A stretch of DNA of 64,000 bases from Daphnia carinata. Its lineage: Eukaryota. Shown one piece after another: positions 29,083 to 42,364 of this stretch. Position 1 is the first letter of the stretch. The number at the start of each line of letters is the position of its first letter. The notes under the pieces are model-generated. The model was given only the letters and a program-made list of their open reading frames with translations, had not been told where the DNA came from and did no database searches. Both the position numbers and the translations under genes were made by a program. The stretch covers positions 3,596,001-3,660,000 of the forward strand of contig NC_081331.1 in the NCBI RefSeq assembly GCF_022539665.2. The letters are read 5' to 3'.

Positions 29083-29114
29083 AAGAAGAAGAAGAAGAAG
29101 AAGAAGAAGAAGAA
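29083..29114. repeat. (AAG)n microsatellite
   Basis: About 10 AAG units; shorter GAA runs continue to about 29340. Confidence 0.9.
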
Positions 29115-29842
29115 AAAAAAAAGTATAGACAAAATAGGTGGAATGAGGAATGAAGAAGAACAAGCCAACAAAGAAGAAGAAGAAGAAGGGAGAAAAAGAG
29201 GAAAAAATTTATCGATGTTGATTTCAGATTATCTCTCATTTGAGCACGAGCGTGTCTGGCCCGTGTGTGAGTTAAGGTCGAGAGCTGACGGGCAAGAGGA
29301 GGCGGAGGAGCTCGATGGAGAAGAAGAAGAAGAAGAAAGTGGAAAAATAGAAGAGAAAAAAAGCCGCTCGAACTGTTTGGTTCACAACTAGTCAAAAAAG
29401 AAAGAAGAAGCGAGTTGCCTGCTCCGCCTCCTTATGGTGTATATACCTACCTCTTTTTACAGGGCCCACGTTATATTATTAGGCTGTTGTGGGCTTCGCT
29501 TATTCCCATTTCGGATGTGTACGGCATCTATATGTTTAGATAAAGGTACGATAGATACATCCCTTATATTCTTTCTTATACCCATTTCTTTCTTTTCTTT
29601 CCGACAGTCAAAAACATCTGAAAGATTTCCCGTCTCTTAAATTTTTCTCTCCCCATCTTTTTGTGTGTGGAGAGGGGGCTCTCTTTTTTCTCCAGGTCAA
29701 AGAAAACATCCCCCTCGGTCTTCAAATCTTATCGTCGAGTTTCATCGTAAAGGTTCCTTCGTCTTCATCTCCGCCTCTTTTCCCCAATTCTATTTTCCCT
29801 TCTAGTTGAATGCATCACTAGTTCGTGCTGGTTACTAGTTTG

Positions 29843-29877
29843 TATACATACATATATATATATATACATATATATAT
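29843..29877. repeat. Interrupted (TA)n microsatellite
   Basis: TA run with occasional CA substitutions. Confidence 0.85.
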
Positions 29878-29926
29878 GTGGCATGTGTAGATGTTTGTGT
29901 GCCCATCGCCCGGCCAGCCAACTGAG

Positions 29927-30033
29927 GGGTGGCAATGCTGGACGGCCCGGGTGGCTACGTTGCCACCCTACGTGCTGCCTTGGGTGGCGAACCAGCCACC
30001 CAACGCTCTAGCGTCCAGGGCGGCAGGACCGCC
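29927..30033. repeat. Cluster of GC-rich inverted repeats (GGGTGGC / GCCACCC x5)
   Basis: GGGTGGC at 29927, 29949 and 29982; GCCACCC at 29962 and 29995. These are enclosed by CTGGACG (29938-29944) and CGTCCAG (30012-30018). Confidence 0.8.
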
Positions 30034-33000
30034 GCGGCGCGTCTTCTTTTTCTTTCCTCCTTCTCTGCTTAACAGGAATATTCTTCAATCAGTTGTGATC
30101 TCAATTTTTTGGATGACGTCTTCTTAAACTACAGCGTTTCATCCATATCTTTTACGAATAAAGCGACAATGAATCGCAAATCAGATCAATACAGGAAAAC
30201 GTGAATCCTATTGGCGATACTTTTTGAACGTACGAAGATCACGAACGGTACAGCTGACCTGCTTTTTGGTGAAATTATCTGCATATGGATGTGTGCTGTC
30301 GTCGAGCGCTAAAAAAGGGCACGCATTCCATCGACGACGCGCCACATTCAAATAGTGCGAATATACACAACAACCCACAACCTTCTCTCTCTCTCTTTCT
30401 GCCATTTCAGATTATATGTGTCGTTTACTAATAATGTACATAGACATTCCTATTTCACGCGCCTCATTCCATAAAGAAAAGAAAATAAAAAGGTGTCATC
30501 CAACAGGTAAAAGTTGGTTACCATTCGTCCTCGTTCCCGTCCCCTTCTTTTCTCACAAACAATCACAACCATCAGGCACACATATTACCTGTCTTGCTCG
30601 TCGTGTTGTTAGTAATGTCCCACTACGAAAGCAAAAAAAAAAAAAAAAAAAAATAAAATACTCCCCCCCGTCCGGTGTTGCTCATTTGCCTTCATCAGTC
30701 AGCCCATTGGTATGTATACTGGCCCTTACGTCCCGATGGTTGAAATTATCATTTTTTTAAACAGAATTCATTTCAGTTTGTTTATATACGCACATGCTGA
30801 TGTCAAAGAAGATGGACAAATTTATTAGATAGGCATAAGACCTTAATAAAACACGGCAGACAGCGAGGGTGCGATGCCCGGATATGTATATATATATACA
30901 GACACTCTGAGAAGATTCAAGTCAACGTGTCTCTCGAAGACCAAATCGTAAATTTTCTAAAGTACCGCCAGGGTCTCGCCGTCCCTTGTCGCGACCATCT
31001 GATCCAAGAGGAAACGGGCCAAAAAGTTTTGGGAGATGAAAGAGAAAACTTTCCCCGAGTCGCAGTATAAACAGCAGTGAATGACAGGCCAAACTGTACG
31101 CCACGAATGTAACAGTGCATATATACACATGACAAGAGAGTAGAGGGACGACACTATGTGGGAGATGACGGCCGAATGTTTATCCCCCTTTTTTTTTTTC
31201 CTTGATTTTTATCGAATGGATCACGAGATACGATCCTGTCTGAAAAGATGTCGGGGTTGAAGAGGAAACGATGGAGATAGACAATTTGAAAGGTGATGGA
31301 AGACAAAAGAATTAAGTCTAAATGCCGTGAGAAAAACAAAAGAAGGCAGACCTGGGGGTAGGGGGAGTGATATGTAATATCAACATCTCCAATTGATGTT
31401 GAACGTTTCTATTCCATAAGAGAAGGTTTACAACATTTTCCTTCTTTTTTTTTTTTTTTTAATACTAACATCATCAACGCTCCGCATCGTTCCCAAAAGG
31501 CCTGTGTAATTATCACGTGACGATACATCAGGTGTGGACTGGCTGAAAATGAAAAAAAAAAAAAAAAAAGAAACAAGACGGCGTGAGTTACGGAGAAGAA
31601 GATAAACCCCCCTCTTTTTTTTGTTGTTTTCTCTCCTGTTATTTTCCTCTCACTCACTCACTCCCCTCACTCATTTCTCCTTGTAAAAATGAGAAACATT
31701 CTCTTCATGTTTGGTTTCACATTCCGACTTTTTTTTTTTACGTTTTCCCCTCACTTTTTTTTTTTTTTTTTTTTTTTTTTTAATCCTCCGCCGCGTGATG
31801 ACTGCACATACGATCCGTTATCTTCTCTAGAACTACATCCAACATTTGGTGTATACTGGTGGGTACATCTTCCACCCCAGAAACGACGTGCATTTCGGTG
31901 CTGACGTTAGCCACACATCCCCCTCGTGAGTTTTGTAAATCACAAAAGTACTTTCAAAGTTTCTTTTCTTTCCTTTATTATTTGAGAGAGATAGAAAAAG
32001 ACGGTGTGTTTATTGTTTAAACTACACGAGAAACAGTTTATTCTCGCTTGTCGATTTATAAAAGACAAAAGTCAAACTATGCCCTCCACGCACAGCTGAA
32101 GAGTCGTTGGACCTTATAAGAGGAAAAGTCCAGCATTTTTTTTTTATGATGTGTACCAGGATGTGCGCACACGGCTACGGCTTCTCCTGCAACTCCTGTG
32201 TGTACACTGGAACATATCTCGCCGTATAGCTTGCGTGGCTCTCAAATAAACAAAAAAGCCAACGGTCGTACGTGAGAAGAGGAAAAAAGAAAACCTATTA
32301 TAACTATTATGAAAAGACCAGAAGCCATACCGCAGGCTTGAAAACGGAAAGCAGGCAACCTTTCTGCTATACATACGCAGCGTGTAATATATACAGTTTG
32401 GAGCTATATACAATTTTTTTTTTTTTTTTTCAATCGCCATGGATACATATCCAGTCGCCAGAAGCTTTTCATTCCGTTCTTCTTCCAACTCCCGTGGTGT
32501 TTTCCTTTCCCTCAAATTCTAATCTGGAAAAAGAAATAGATGAATCTCTCGCAGTAGATGAAAAGAGTGTCAAGTGCATAATGAATCACCTCTTCGAGTC
32601 CAAATGTTTTTTCGTTGAACCTCGGGGAAGATGGAAGATATTTTGTGAAGAAGGGAGCGATTTTTCGAGGAACTTCTCTACATGATTAGAGATTGTTGGA
32701 AGTAGGACAACATTTAGAAAAGGTCTGTAACACATGTCCTGCCTCAATGAAGAGCTACAAGACTTCAAAGGAAATCGTCCAATAACTGAAATATTTCGCA
32801 CGAAAAACCTTGTGCGTGTTCGTTCATCTATGCAAGAGCCACACTTCAAGGAACAGATCGAAGTTAGCCATTATGTTCGATTGCCCGAAAATGCTGTGGA
32901 CCCCCCTAAGACCAGAACATGATGTAACATAACCTCATGTAAAGGAATCAAATTTTTCTTTCTTGTGCTCGTTTACTTAATGAGTTTTTGTTTGTCATTA

Positions 33001-36000
33001 GGCCTATAGGCTAAATGATGGAACACAAGATATTAGAAAGACTTGAAAACATTCGTGTAAACGCTCCTGATTGGAAACGAGCCGAGACGTGGTAGGCGGA
33101 ATTGTTTCCGTAGAAGATGAAGACAAGAGGATTGTACCAAACACTCTCCTTCTATTATACACAACAGTCTTTTTTTTTTCCTTTAAATAATGAACCGTCT
33201 ATTGCCTCGGAGCTGGCAAGTCTTGATTAAGATGTGTCTGACGTTTCATTATGAACATCTCTTGATGTGTTTTGTCTTTGCCTGTCTGCACGGTGGCTTT
33301 GATTAAAGGCCTGATGTTGATTACACCGACGGAATTAGCCCTATCGAATCACGTTTGATCAAACAACAGCCCAAAACCATATGTATACGGTATAATATGA
33401 AAAGCCTACAGTAGAGCCTTGGAGTACAGGCTACCGCGTTTGGCTAGAGGCTCTTTGCGCTCAGATTTATTCCCTCCTTCACCAGAAGCAACAAAGTTTT
33501 TCTTCTGATTTTATTTTAGTTTCCGATGTAATTGGTACGAAGGAGAGGAAAAACAAAAATCTGCTTATTCATTGTATTTATTGGAATTTGTTCCAGGAAA
33601 TACGTTGCATATGTAAAAAGCATAATCATTTGTCTGGCAAAACTTGCGATTATTGTAACGTGGCATTCAATCTGGCCCCCTTTTTTTTTTTTACTGCGTA
33701 GGTCCCATTTCATCATTGCCGTTCTGTTTCTCCTCCCTCTGCTCAATCCCGAAGGTGAATTATAACACACCGATGGATTTGGTGAGGAGAATTGATTGAG
33801 ACGCCATATTTTTCATTTTCTTCTTTTCCTGGATGAGTGTCCATTTACATTCAACAATAACTGACTCTGGGTCCTCCTATTTTCTTTTTCTTATCAACAC
33901 ATCAAAAGTCAAAACAAGGCAAGAACTTTCTATCACGCGTCAAGGAAGAAGTTGATCGCTTTCGATATTTATTTTATTGACAGTCTAGCATCGGCCTTGC
34001 TCTTTTCTATCAAAAGTCAACACACAAAACTCATTGGGCTCTGGATCGCTTCTCCAATCCGGCTATCGTTTCTTATTACTCATCTCTTTCTTGTTTTCTT
34101 TTTCTCTGTTATATCGGCCCGTCTCTGGCCAACGATTTGTTTAACGGGCAAACAATATATAGATGTTGGGGTCCGTGCCTGCCGCTGCCGTAAGCTCTCT
34201 CTTCAATGACCTACAGTTTATGCGTGACGTTCAAGTATCCACACACGCACGTTGTTGGCTATCTGGAAAAACAACAAAAACTATCAGCTGCGGGATGAGG
34301 GACCAAGGCGAGCGCCCATCATCAGTCCAGCTCGTCTCCTCGCTGGTCTGGCCGATTGACCTCGATAAATACCGCCCATTCGTCTATATCCAAAGGGGAA
34401 AAAGGAGAGACAAAGAGTCATCAAAGATGTTAATAACACCAGCTATTTTTTTTTTTTGTGTTTTTCTTTATTTATCTTTATTTTTGATTTTTCTTCTTTT
34501 ATGTTCTTTTTTTTTTCTTTTTCTTTAACGCTTTGTCTGACCGTTTGGATGGCCTTCATCGTCCCTATCATAGCAAGGCTTTCTCATCCGAAGGAAATGC
34601 GCTAGGTATCTCGAGTCCGCCGTGATTATGGAGATGTTAAAAGAAAAGGGGGGAAAAAAACAGCGAGCGGTTGATGAAGACATCAAGGATGGACGAAAGT
34701 AATTATCGAATCTCTTGAGGTGCAACTAAAAAAAAAAAAAGAAAGAAGAACAGCGGGCACAGGTATCACGCCACCTAGTATATAAATGCACGTTGAGGTT
34801 TTGCCACGCAAGGCCGACATTTTCCGTCTGTGTCAATGATCTTCTTCTTGTGAAACACTTTCAAATGACGATTCTCTGCGGGATGCTGGCGACCACCATC
34901 GTCATGTCGGTAATTATTCGGCCACGTCGATACATTGACGGATGCAAACCCCATTTATCGTCAGTTGGGGCACACTCACGCTAGAGTCGAATGAGCGAGG
35001 AACAAAGTGTGTCTGTATCTATCAGGTCGGATATTAAGATGTTCACATCAGCATTCGTTGCGCTCTGATTTGTGTCATTTGCCGCATCATCTTCTGTCTG
35101 ATTGTTTCCCACAGAAAATTGTTTGTTGTTTTTTTAAGTCGAGACGAGCTTGTAATTGTTTCCAAAAGAATAGGGCAAACAGTGTCGAGAGGGGTGGTGG
35201 CTGGACGAGCAAAAATTGGAGGTACTGTACGTACACGGTTAGGTCTATAAGATGATGCAGCTAAAAGGTGGGAAAACAACTCAAGTCTCTCTCTTGTGTG
35301 GTGCTGGAGGCCACGAGGCCACGGCTCAGCAGGTGACCAATAAGAGAAGGTTCACTTCACATGGTGAATTCCCCCCTCAGCGGGAACCGAATGTAATTTA
35401 CAACTGACATGGAAAAGGTCTTCCAACTTGGCACTGCGGGCGTCTGCGTTGACGGTCCCGAAAGAAAAAAAAAAAAAAAAAAGTCTCATCTCTAACCCTC
35501 CCCAAAAACTTCCAGCTCCTCCGCACAAGACACACACACCAAAAACACAACTCTCCTTTCCCGAAAGAGAGGGGGGAAGAAGAACCCCAAACTGACGGGG
35601 TTAAGGGAAAAAAAAAAAAAGAATCTATCCAAGTTGGGAGGGTCAATAGGGGAAACAAGGAGAAAATAAAGACTCTTTTAGAGGCTCGGATAAAAGATTC
35701 TCTCCCGTTTTTTTTTTTTTTCTCAAAAAGATCTTGCGGCTGAAATAAAGCAGTAGGGGATATCATCGAGCTCTTAGGTAAAGAAAGAGAGAGAGAGAGA
35801 GAAAACGATAGAAAAAAAAAAGTTGAATAAGGGGGGGAAAATGTATATAAATGTTTCTCTTCGACTGTGCGCACTTAAATGTTTTTCTACATGTCCAACT
35901 GGAAAAAAATAAATGGATTGCCTCCATCCCAGTGTCCGACAGCTCCACGTCTACCGTGACTCTCAGCATTTTCTTTCTGTTTGATGAAATTTTTTTTATT

Positions 36001-38499
36001 TCTCTGACCGTGTAGGATTGTGTTTTATTATTCTTTCTGTCTTTTTTTTTTCTTTCTTATTAATGTCTGTACATATTTTTTGTCCCCTTTCTATTAGAAG
36101 GGGGAGGTATTACCTGGACAAGATTTTCCTTAAATCCTCGCTACGTTCTTCACACCAACAGCGAGGACTTTATTTCTTTGATGATCTTGTCAACATTTTG
36201 AGAATGAACGTTTCAGTACTTTCTTTTGTGATATTTCTGTCTTTCGAGTTTGTTTGTTTTCTTCAAAGATGTCACGAAACACGAGTGTGTTTCACTCGTC
36301 TGCATTGAGGATGGCCTGGGCAATGCGTTCGTCCTCAGGTGTGTTGTATTTGCTGTCCAAACAAACAAAACCCGAACAATAGGGAAACAACCGTGTCCGC
36401 AAGTTCGACTATGTGGGCACCTATTGTTCCCTTTATTTCACTACCCCCCATACGTCTTACTATCCCCTCTCTACACCGTAACAGCCACCTGTTTAGGGAA
36501 TTGATTGCGGCCAAGAGCAAAACATCTACCGAGTAATTTCAGAACGCGCAATTAAGGAAAATAGAGACGGTTGTCATTCCAAATGACATTAACAGCCCCC
36601 CCCAAAAAAAAAAAATCACATCAAAAGGTCAAATTTCTTCATTTGTTTTTTTTTTTTTGTCGTCTGATGAAATCGAGCTAATGATAGAGCAGTCCCCAAC
36701 TTGTTTACCTTTCACATTTCCTTTATTTTTCTGTTCGCAACGAAACAAGAATTGACTTTGCTGTTTGTTCCAAGATGGACGTGTCGGATATGTCACTGCC
36801 CTCTGTCCAACGTGTACGACAGAGGCTACGAAAAGGGCGACCTCTTTAACAGCAGTGGTCCGTCAAGCTCCAATTAGATCTCTCTCTCTTTCGCTTGACA
36901 GGTTCTCCAGCGAGAAAAATCCCCCGCTGCTTTTGGTGGACCCATCGTGCACCACATTTTACAGGAAGGAAAGAGTTCTGATAACCGCTTCACTTCACTC
37001 GCCACTTTTTCAAAGTTATTTTTGTACTTTGACGAGGTCTCCTTGACATTTGAAGTGGCCGCGTCGTTGTTATTCTTCTCTCCCCTCTGTTTTTCTAAGT
37101 TGAAAAAAAAAAAAAAAAAAAAATGAAAATTCTCTTTGTTGTTATTTTTGACGTTTACCGATAGTCATTTCAACTTTTGACGACCACATTCATATTCCCC
37201 CTTTTTTTTTTTCTTTCTAACTTGTCTCGAACGGCGGGTATGTCCAGTACAGTTAGATAGACTGGGCATTAGCAAGCGCACCACCTGATGTGTCGGTCGC
37301 GATTTGCTACGCTCATATAATTCCACATGAAGAAACACATTCCTGTTTGAATCGGGCCCTTGTTGCCGCTCCCTGGCCCTTTCTCCCCCTTCGACGCCCA
37401 CCTGTTGGGATCCATCCGCAGAGCCAACGAGAAAACAAAACGATGTAAATAACACAAGGAGGTTCTCTCAATCATGTTGGCCAAAAAAACAAAAAAAACA
37501 AAAAAAAAAAAACACAACAACAACGAAGGAGGAAAAATATATTCATAGGAAGAGAGGTGGTGAAGTGGTGGAGAGGGGGAATCCGTCAGCCAGCACAGAA
37601 AAGACTTTTTTGATGGCCATCGTTTGCTGCGCCGCCTCAAAACCAATACGAATTCGTAATCAGCAGGTTGAAGGATGGCCGCGTCGGTGAGGCCCGTAAG
37701 GCCGCGCGTAAAAAAAATGTTTACCATGGGTCCGTTGCCGGATGAAACTCATTTGCCAAAACGATTTGTTGCTGATAGGTGGCAGGCCTCCGTACTTGTG
37801 TACGCCCTTATTCTCTTTTTGTATGTTGCCCTCCTCTTGTTTTCTTTTTTTTTTTTTTTTTTTTCAATATGTTTTAAATCCATGGAACACATCCATTTGC
37901 TAGTGGAAAATGTTTCTCGCCCAAGACACACAAATCTCCAGGTAGTTTATTATATACCGTTGATAATCGCTCAAGTTCTTTTTGCCCTGCCAAGTCCGCC
38001 CTTCTTGCTGAGAAATGGCCACGAAATATACTGGAACATTAGCCGACCGAATCGCGTAGATACTGCTTCTCTGGAACGATAAAAATATACGGGCATACCT
38101 TTTTCTTTTTTCTTTTTTCTTTTCTTTGATGGTGTAGATAGAGATATCACACACCCAGCCAAAGCCACGTGAGTGAGGAGAAGAGGGGGGATTTCTAATA
38201 ATAACGTAAATAACGAGCTTGAAGCGGCAGCTTGGCGGACTCGTTGGAGGAGGTGCTGAAATGTTTTTACAGGACGGGACGGGCCGTGAAAATTGACGAG
38301 CGGAGCGGATTTCTTCCGCCGCGAAACAGTTTCACGGTCAATTTGTAATTTTTTTTTTCTTTTGGGATGCACTCTCCTTTATACGAACAGCACACGCCAC
38401 GGACGTTCCTTTCTTTTTTCGCGCCTTTTAGTCGAATGTGTTTGGCTGTTTGTGATACGATGAACCACTGGGCCGGTTAATTCAACACGTGATGAAACG

Positions 38500-38531
<32 letters not shown>

Positions 38532-41500
38532 GAAAAAGTTGAGCTTTTTCAATTGAAAAGGCGTTACATCATAATAAAAAGATGGCCGTGTCCTGATCGG
38601 ACAACACAACCCACCAACAAGAAAAGGCGGGTGCGATAGAGACCGACAGAAGAGATTGCGTCTTTTTCCGTTTGTTGCCGTTGCCGTGTTGTACAACAGA
38701 CGCCACAACAGGTTTTCTTTTCATTTTTTTTTTTTCATGAATATTATTCCTGTTTGTGTAGAAGGTTTCGGCGATGATGGCACAGACGATCCGTCATCTT
38801 TTTTTTTTTATACAGAGAAAAGCCTACGCCTTCATCTCACATTTCGTTTCGAGGCAATGTTTGGCAGATGCAGACAAACTGGAGGCATCCTCACCGCCGC
38901 CCTGTTTCTTTTTTTTTTGTTTTGTTTTTTCTTTGTGCTAATTCTTGTAGAGTGGCTGTGTAACGAGCTGTGATGAACGCGGATCTTATCTGCATACAAG
39001 TTAAAATACTAAAGAAAGACGTTCGTCTTTTTTTCCCCTCCGTTTTCCAATGGGCCGTGACGAGGCGGGAGTATTCACGAAAGATCGCGGCAGACTAAGA
39101 AATCATGATCATAAATTCAGTTCCATGCAACGATAAATTTTGTGAGAAAAAAAAAAGGGGGGGGAAAGATAAATAATAAAAAAAAATAAAATAAAGAGCC
39201 AGCGAGATTTTTTTTTTTTTTTTTAGTTAGGAGAAATAATAAAAAATAAAAGATACCCTCGGCCCCTTTTTTTTTTTCTCCCTTCTTTGTGTCTCTACGT
39301 ATACGTGTGTGTGTTGTTCCGCCACTGAATATATCATTGGGATGGGATTTTAACGCTTTGGCGTTGCTTTCTCGCCGACTTGGTTTTTTTTTTTCTATTT
39401 CTCTAGGCGGCTATATCTTTCACAGACGCCCCGAACTTTAACGCACGGCTCTATCAAACACTCTGGCCCGTCATTGTCGTTATGCAACGGCATTCGCTTA
39501 GATTCCTTCTTTTTTTTTTTTTTTTTTTTGCTGTTTGATACGTTCCTTAAAAAAATATAAGAAAAAGAAGGGAAATACAAATCTGAGGTGCTGCTGGCGG
39601 CGCTGACACTATGTCGTCATGAGCGTTCAACCGTGTCGTTCTAGCGCGACAATATCAACACAATCAACATCTATTAGCCATCAGCGTCATCCCGATAGTT
39701 TATTTCTCTCTTTTTTGATATCCCGAATTGTTTTTTGTTTTTTTTTGTCTGTATCTAGGGATTCGTCGAGTATCATTTTAACGTTGCACCATCATCATTC
39801 GAATCTCTTATTCCTGCGTCTACACGTCATTTCACGAGAAAATGGCAATCGACGAGAAATGCCGCGCTTTTCGGTGAAGTTTATTACGACCACTTTGGCC
39901 GCTATTATCGCATCTCACACTACTACAAGGCTGCCATTAGCTTTGCCTCGCAGTAGTAAAATACAACAGCTCGAATACCGTCTTCGCTGAAGTTCTTAAA
40001 CTTCGTAATTGAACTCTCGCTAAAGAAGCAAACAATTAGTTTCTCAGGAATTGATCTGGAGAACTGAGCCGTCTTCATTGCAGCATTTTTACACGCCGGA
40101 TTCACGCTGATCGTATCACGTGAAAGCCTTTGTCGTTACAAGAACTCGGAGTCATGGCCACAATAGACTTGAGCAATCCGATTAACTATATATATTTTTT
40201 ATTCCCTATGTTCCTTTTTTCCACCTTTTCTTTTTTTTTTTTTTTTTAATATCAGACTCAAAAACCTCACGGCAGGGGGTAGTCCTTCTTTTTTTTTTTT
40301 TTATTTCTTTTTCTTATTCTCAGTAGCAAAGCGGCGTTTCATCTAACGATTTTTCATACCTTTCCCGCTTCATTCAACCTATATGGTTATTAAAGAACCT
40401 ATGAGACCTAATGCCCGAAACCGGTTGTCAATGTCAACCATTTCCTCTTTCCTTTTCTCTTTTTCCCTTCTCTTTGTGGAATCCATATTTAATGGGCCGC
40501 AGTATAAAGTCGCTTGGGAGAAAATCTCACCCTACAATGTATACGGCGCTCTGTGAATGGCTTCCGATGGCACATCAGTTGCGTTTTTATTCTTGTACGT
40601 GCTGGACAGTTGCGTTTCCCAAACAGGGCACCGAATAGCAACAAAAGATGGTGGTAATCCGGGGCAATAAAAACGTCCGCTTTTGGACCCCACGTAACGC
40701 TGATAAATAGACCAACCACAGTAGATAGACGGCGATTGGTTTCTTTTCCACCGTCTTGCAAAGACTCGGCAAGAAAAGGTCGTAAAGTGTGACATTAGCA
40801 GACACACACCCATCGACCATATCGAGTCTTTAATACGTGGAAATGAAGAAGAATGGCGTGTTGTCCCTTTTAGTTGCGGTAGTTGGGCCTATAAACGGTA
40901 GCGGACGTGACGAAGAGTTCACCAATTCACAATGGACTCGACGAACGTGGTGTGCGTACACACACACGCAGTAGAAAAGAAAAAGAAGCACAGAGAAGGA
41001 AAACTGGTCGAAATAGACGATGGATGATGCTGAGAATTTTGTTCGTATCTTACACAAGACAGCGCCCATTTAATCGAAAGCCTCCTCCTTATTCCTGGAA
41101 CATCTGCTGTAAATAACGTAACTGGTTAGTAAGGCGCCGACCTCGATGTCTCAATCAACGAGTTATTAGTTCTCTCCCACCCATCCCTGGCCATAATAAC
41201 ACACACCAATCGTCAGCTCCCCAACTTCCCTCCAATGTGGTAGTCGTTTGAAAAGGGGAATTGAAACGTCAGTCCCGCAACTAATTTTCCAGGTAAACAC
41301 TATCTCTTTTTTTTTTTCTTCTTCTTCTTCTTCGCCTGTTGTTTTGTCAGGGGAAAATAAAAAAGGAGGGTCCTTTTTCATGTTGTTTTCCTGTTCCACA
41401 ACAACCCCCTTGCCGTAAAAGGTAAACGAAAAAAAAAAAACAGTCGTCGAGTGGATGAAGTAATGGGCGGAGTGGGCAGAGTTGAGAGGCCTACACCAGC

Positions 41501-41965
41501 AAGAATGACTTTTCTATAGACTCTAGTACCATCAGTTGTTTCCCATATATACAACTCGAAAGTCCGAATAGACCTTTTCGTGTTTGTCTATTTCTTTTGT
41601 TTTTTTTTGTGTGCTCATTTTGACGCATAAATCACAAGTTACGTATCGTATTACGACTCTGTTCTATTTATCCTTCTTAAAATCTCTCAACTATCTTTGA
41701 TTTGAACTCGTTTATAGAAATCAAAAAGGTATCGGAGAGGGTCACATAGCTCGATGATTAGCTGCCAGCATCCATGAACCTAGTGGCCATGGGGAGGCTT
41801 ACGAACAACCTACAAACTACGATCACCTCTTCTCTACCTGTGTGGATCGATCTTCAACATGTAGTGAACTGTACTACAGATCGATTTGAAACGTCTGTAT
41901 TCGTGTCATGTGTGTTGTGTGTTTTTTTTTAATTCTGCCATTTTAGCCCCTTTATAGTAGACATG

Positions 41966-42051
41966 GCTCTTCACCTTCATCTTCCTTCTTGCTTCTTCTT
42001 TCTTGATTGCTCTTCATCTTCTCATCTTCCTTCTTGTTTCTTCTTTCTTGA
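41966..42051. repeat. Imperfect tandem duplication (2 x about 42 bp) inside the SINE-like element
   Basis: gctcttcaccttcatcttccttcttgcttcttctttcttga (41966-42006) and gctcttcatcttctcatcttccttcttgtttcttctttcttga (42009-42051). Confidence 0.85.
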
Positions 42052-42157
42052 AGGCATCTTCATGATGTGTAGATGATGTCAGAAGCGATGAAGATGTAGA
42101 ATGTTGCGAATCCGTTTTGAAGAATCTTGAATGAATTGAATTGGAGGGAGTGGAAGT

Positions 42158-42230
42158 TGGAGGTGGCGGGAATCGAACCCGGGTCTTCTTGATTACAAGG
42201 GAGTGGCGCTAACCACTGTGCCAGGACCGC
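42158..42230 (-). pseudogene. Degenerate tRNA-like sequence (SINE head or tRNA pseudogene; 3' half resembles tRNA-Ala)
   Basis: GCGGTCCTGGCACAGTGGTTAGCGCCACTCCCTTGTAATCAAGAAGACCCGGGTTCGATTCCCGCCACCTCCA. The D-loop and T-arm motifs have tRNA spacing, but the acceptor stem (GCGGTCC vs CACCTCC) and anticodon stem do not pair, so it is not a functional tRNA. Confidence 0.65.
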
Positions 42231-42311
42231 ACATCCAAATCAAAACAATCTTTGTTGGTCATATGTTCACGTATATATAGCTCCTATAATGCATGTTGGT
42301 TACATAAAGTA

Positions 42312-42364
42312 TAGCGCAGTGGTATAGCTTGGGGCTACCATTCATTTTTACTCGGGTTCGATTC
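42312..42364 (+). other. Second degenerate tRNA-like / Pol III type-2 promoter unit
   Basis: Box A-like TAGCGCAGTGG (42312-42322) and box B-like GGTTCGATTC (42355-42364) at tRNA-like spacing, followed by T-runs. There is no cloverleaf pairing. Confidence 0.4.

Larger units (their letters stand above)
41922..42230 (-). mobile_element. tRNA-derived SINE-like element (about 310 bp)
   Basis: On the - strand there is a 73-nt tRNA-like head (42230-42158) with box A TGGCACAGTGG and box B GGTTCGATTCC. It is followed by a purine-rich body with an internal tandem duplication and no TTTT Pol III terminator, then an A9 tail (41930-41922) running into CA-type repeats. No target-site duplication is evident. 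Confidence 0.6.

Noticed and set aside
29143..29391. Acidic 82-aa ORF (MRNEEEQANKEEEEE...)
   Set aside because: The Glu/Lys richness is simply the translation of GAA microsatellites.
32272..32922. Protein-like ORFs around 32.3-32.9 kb
   Set aside because: No family recognised and no consistent splice sites linking them; homology search would be needed.
42158..42230. Functional tRNA gene (apparent TGT at the anticodon position)
   Set aside because: The acceptor and anticodon stems do not pair and there is no T-run terminator downstream; a SINE head or pseudogene explains it better.
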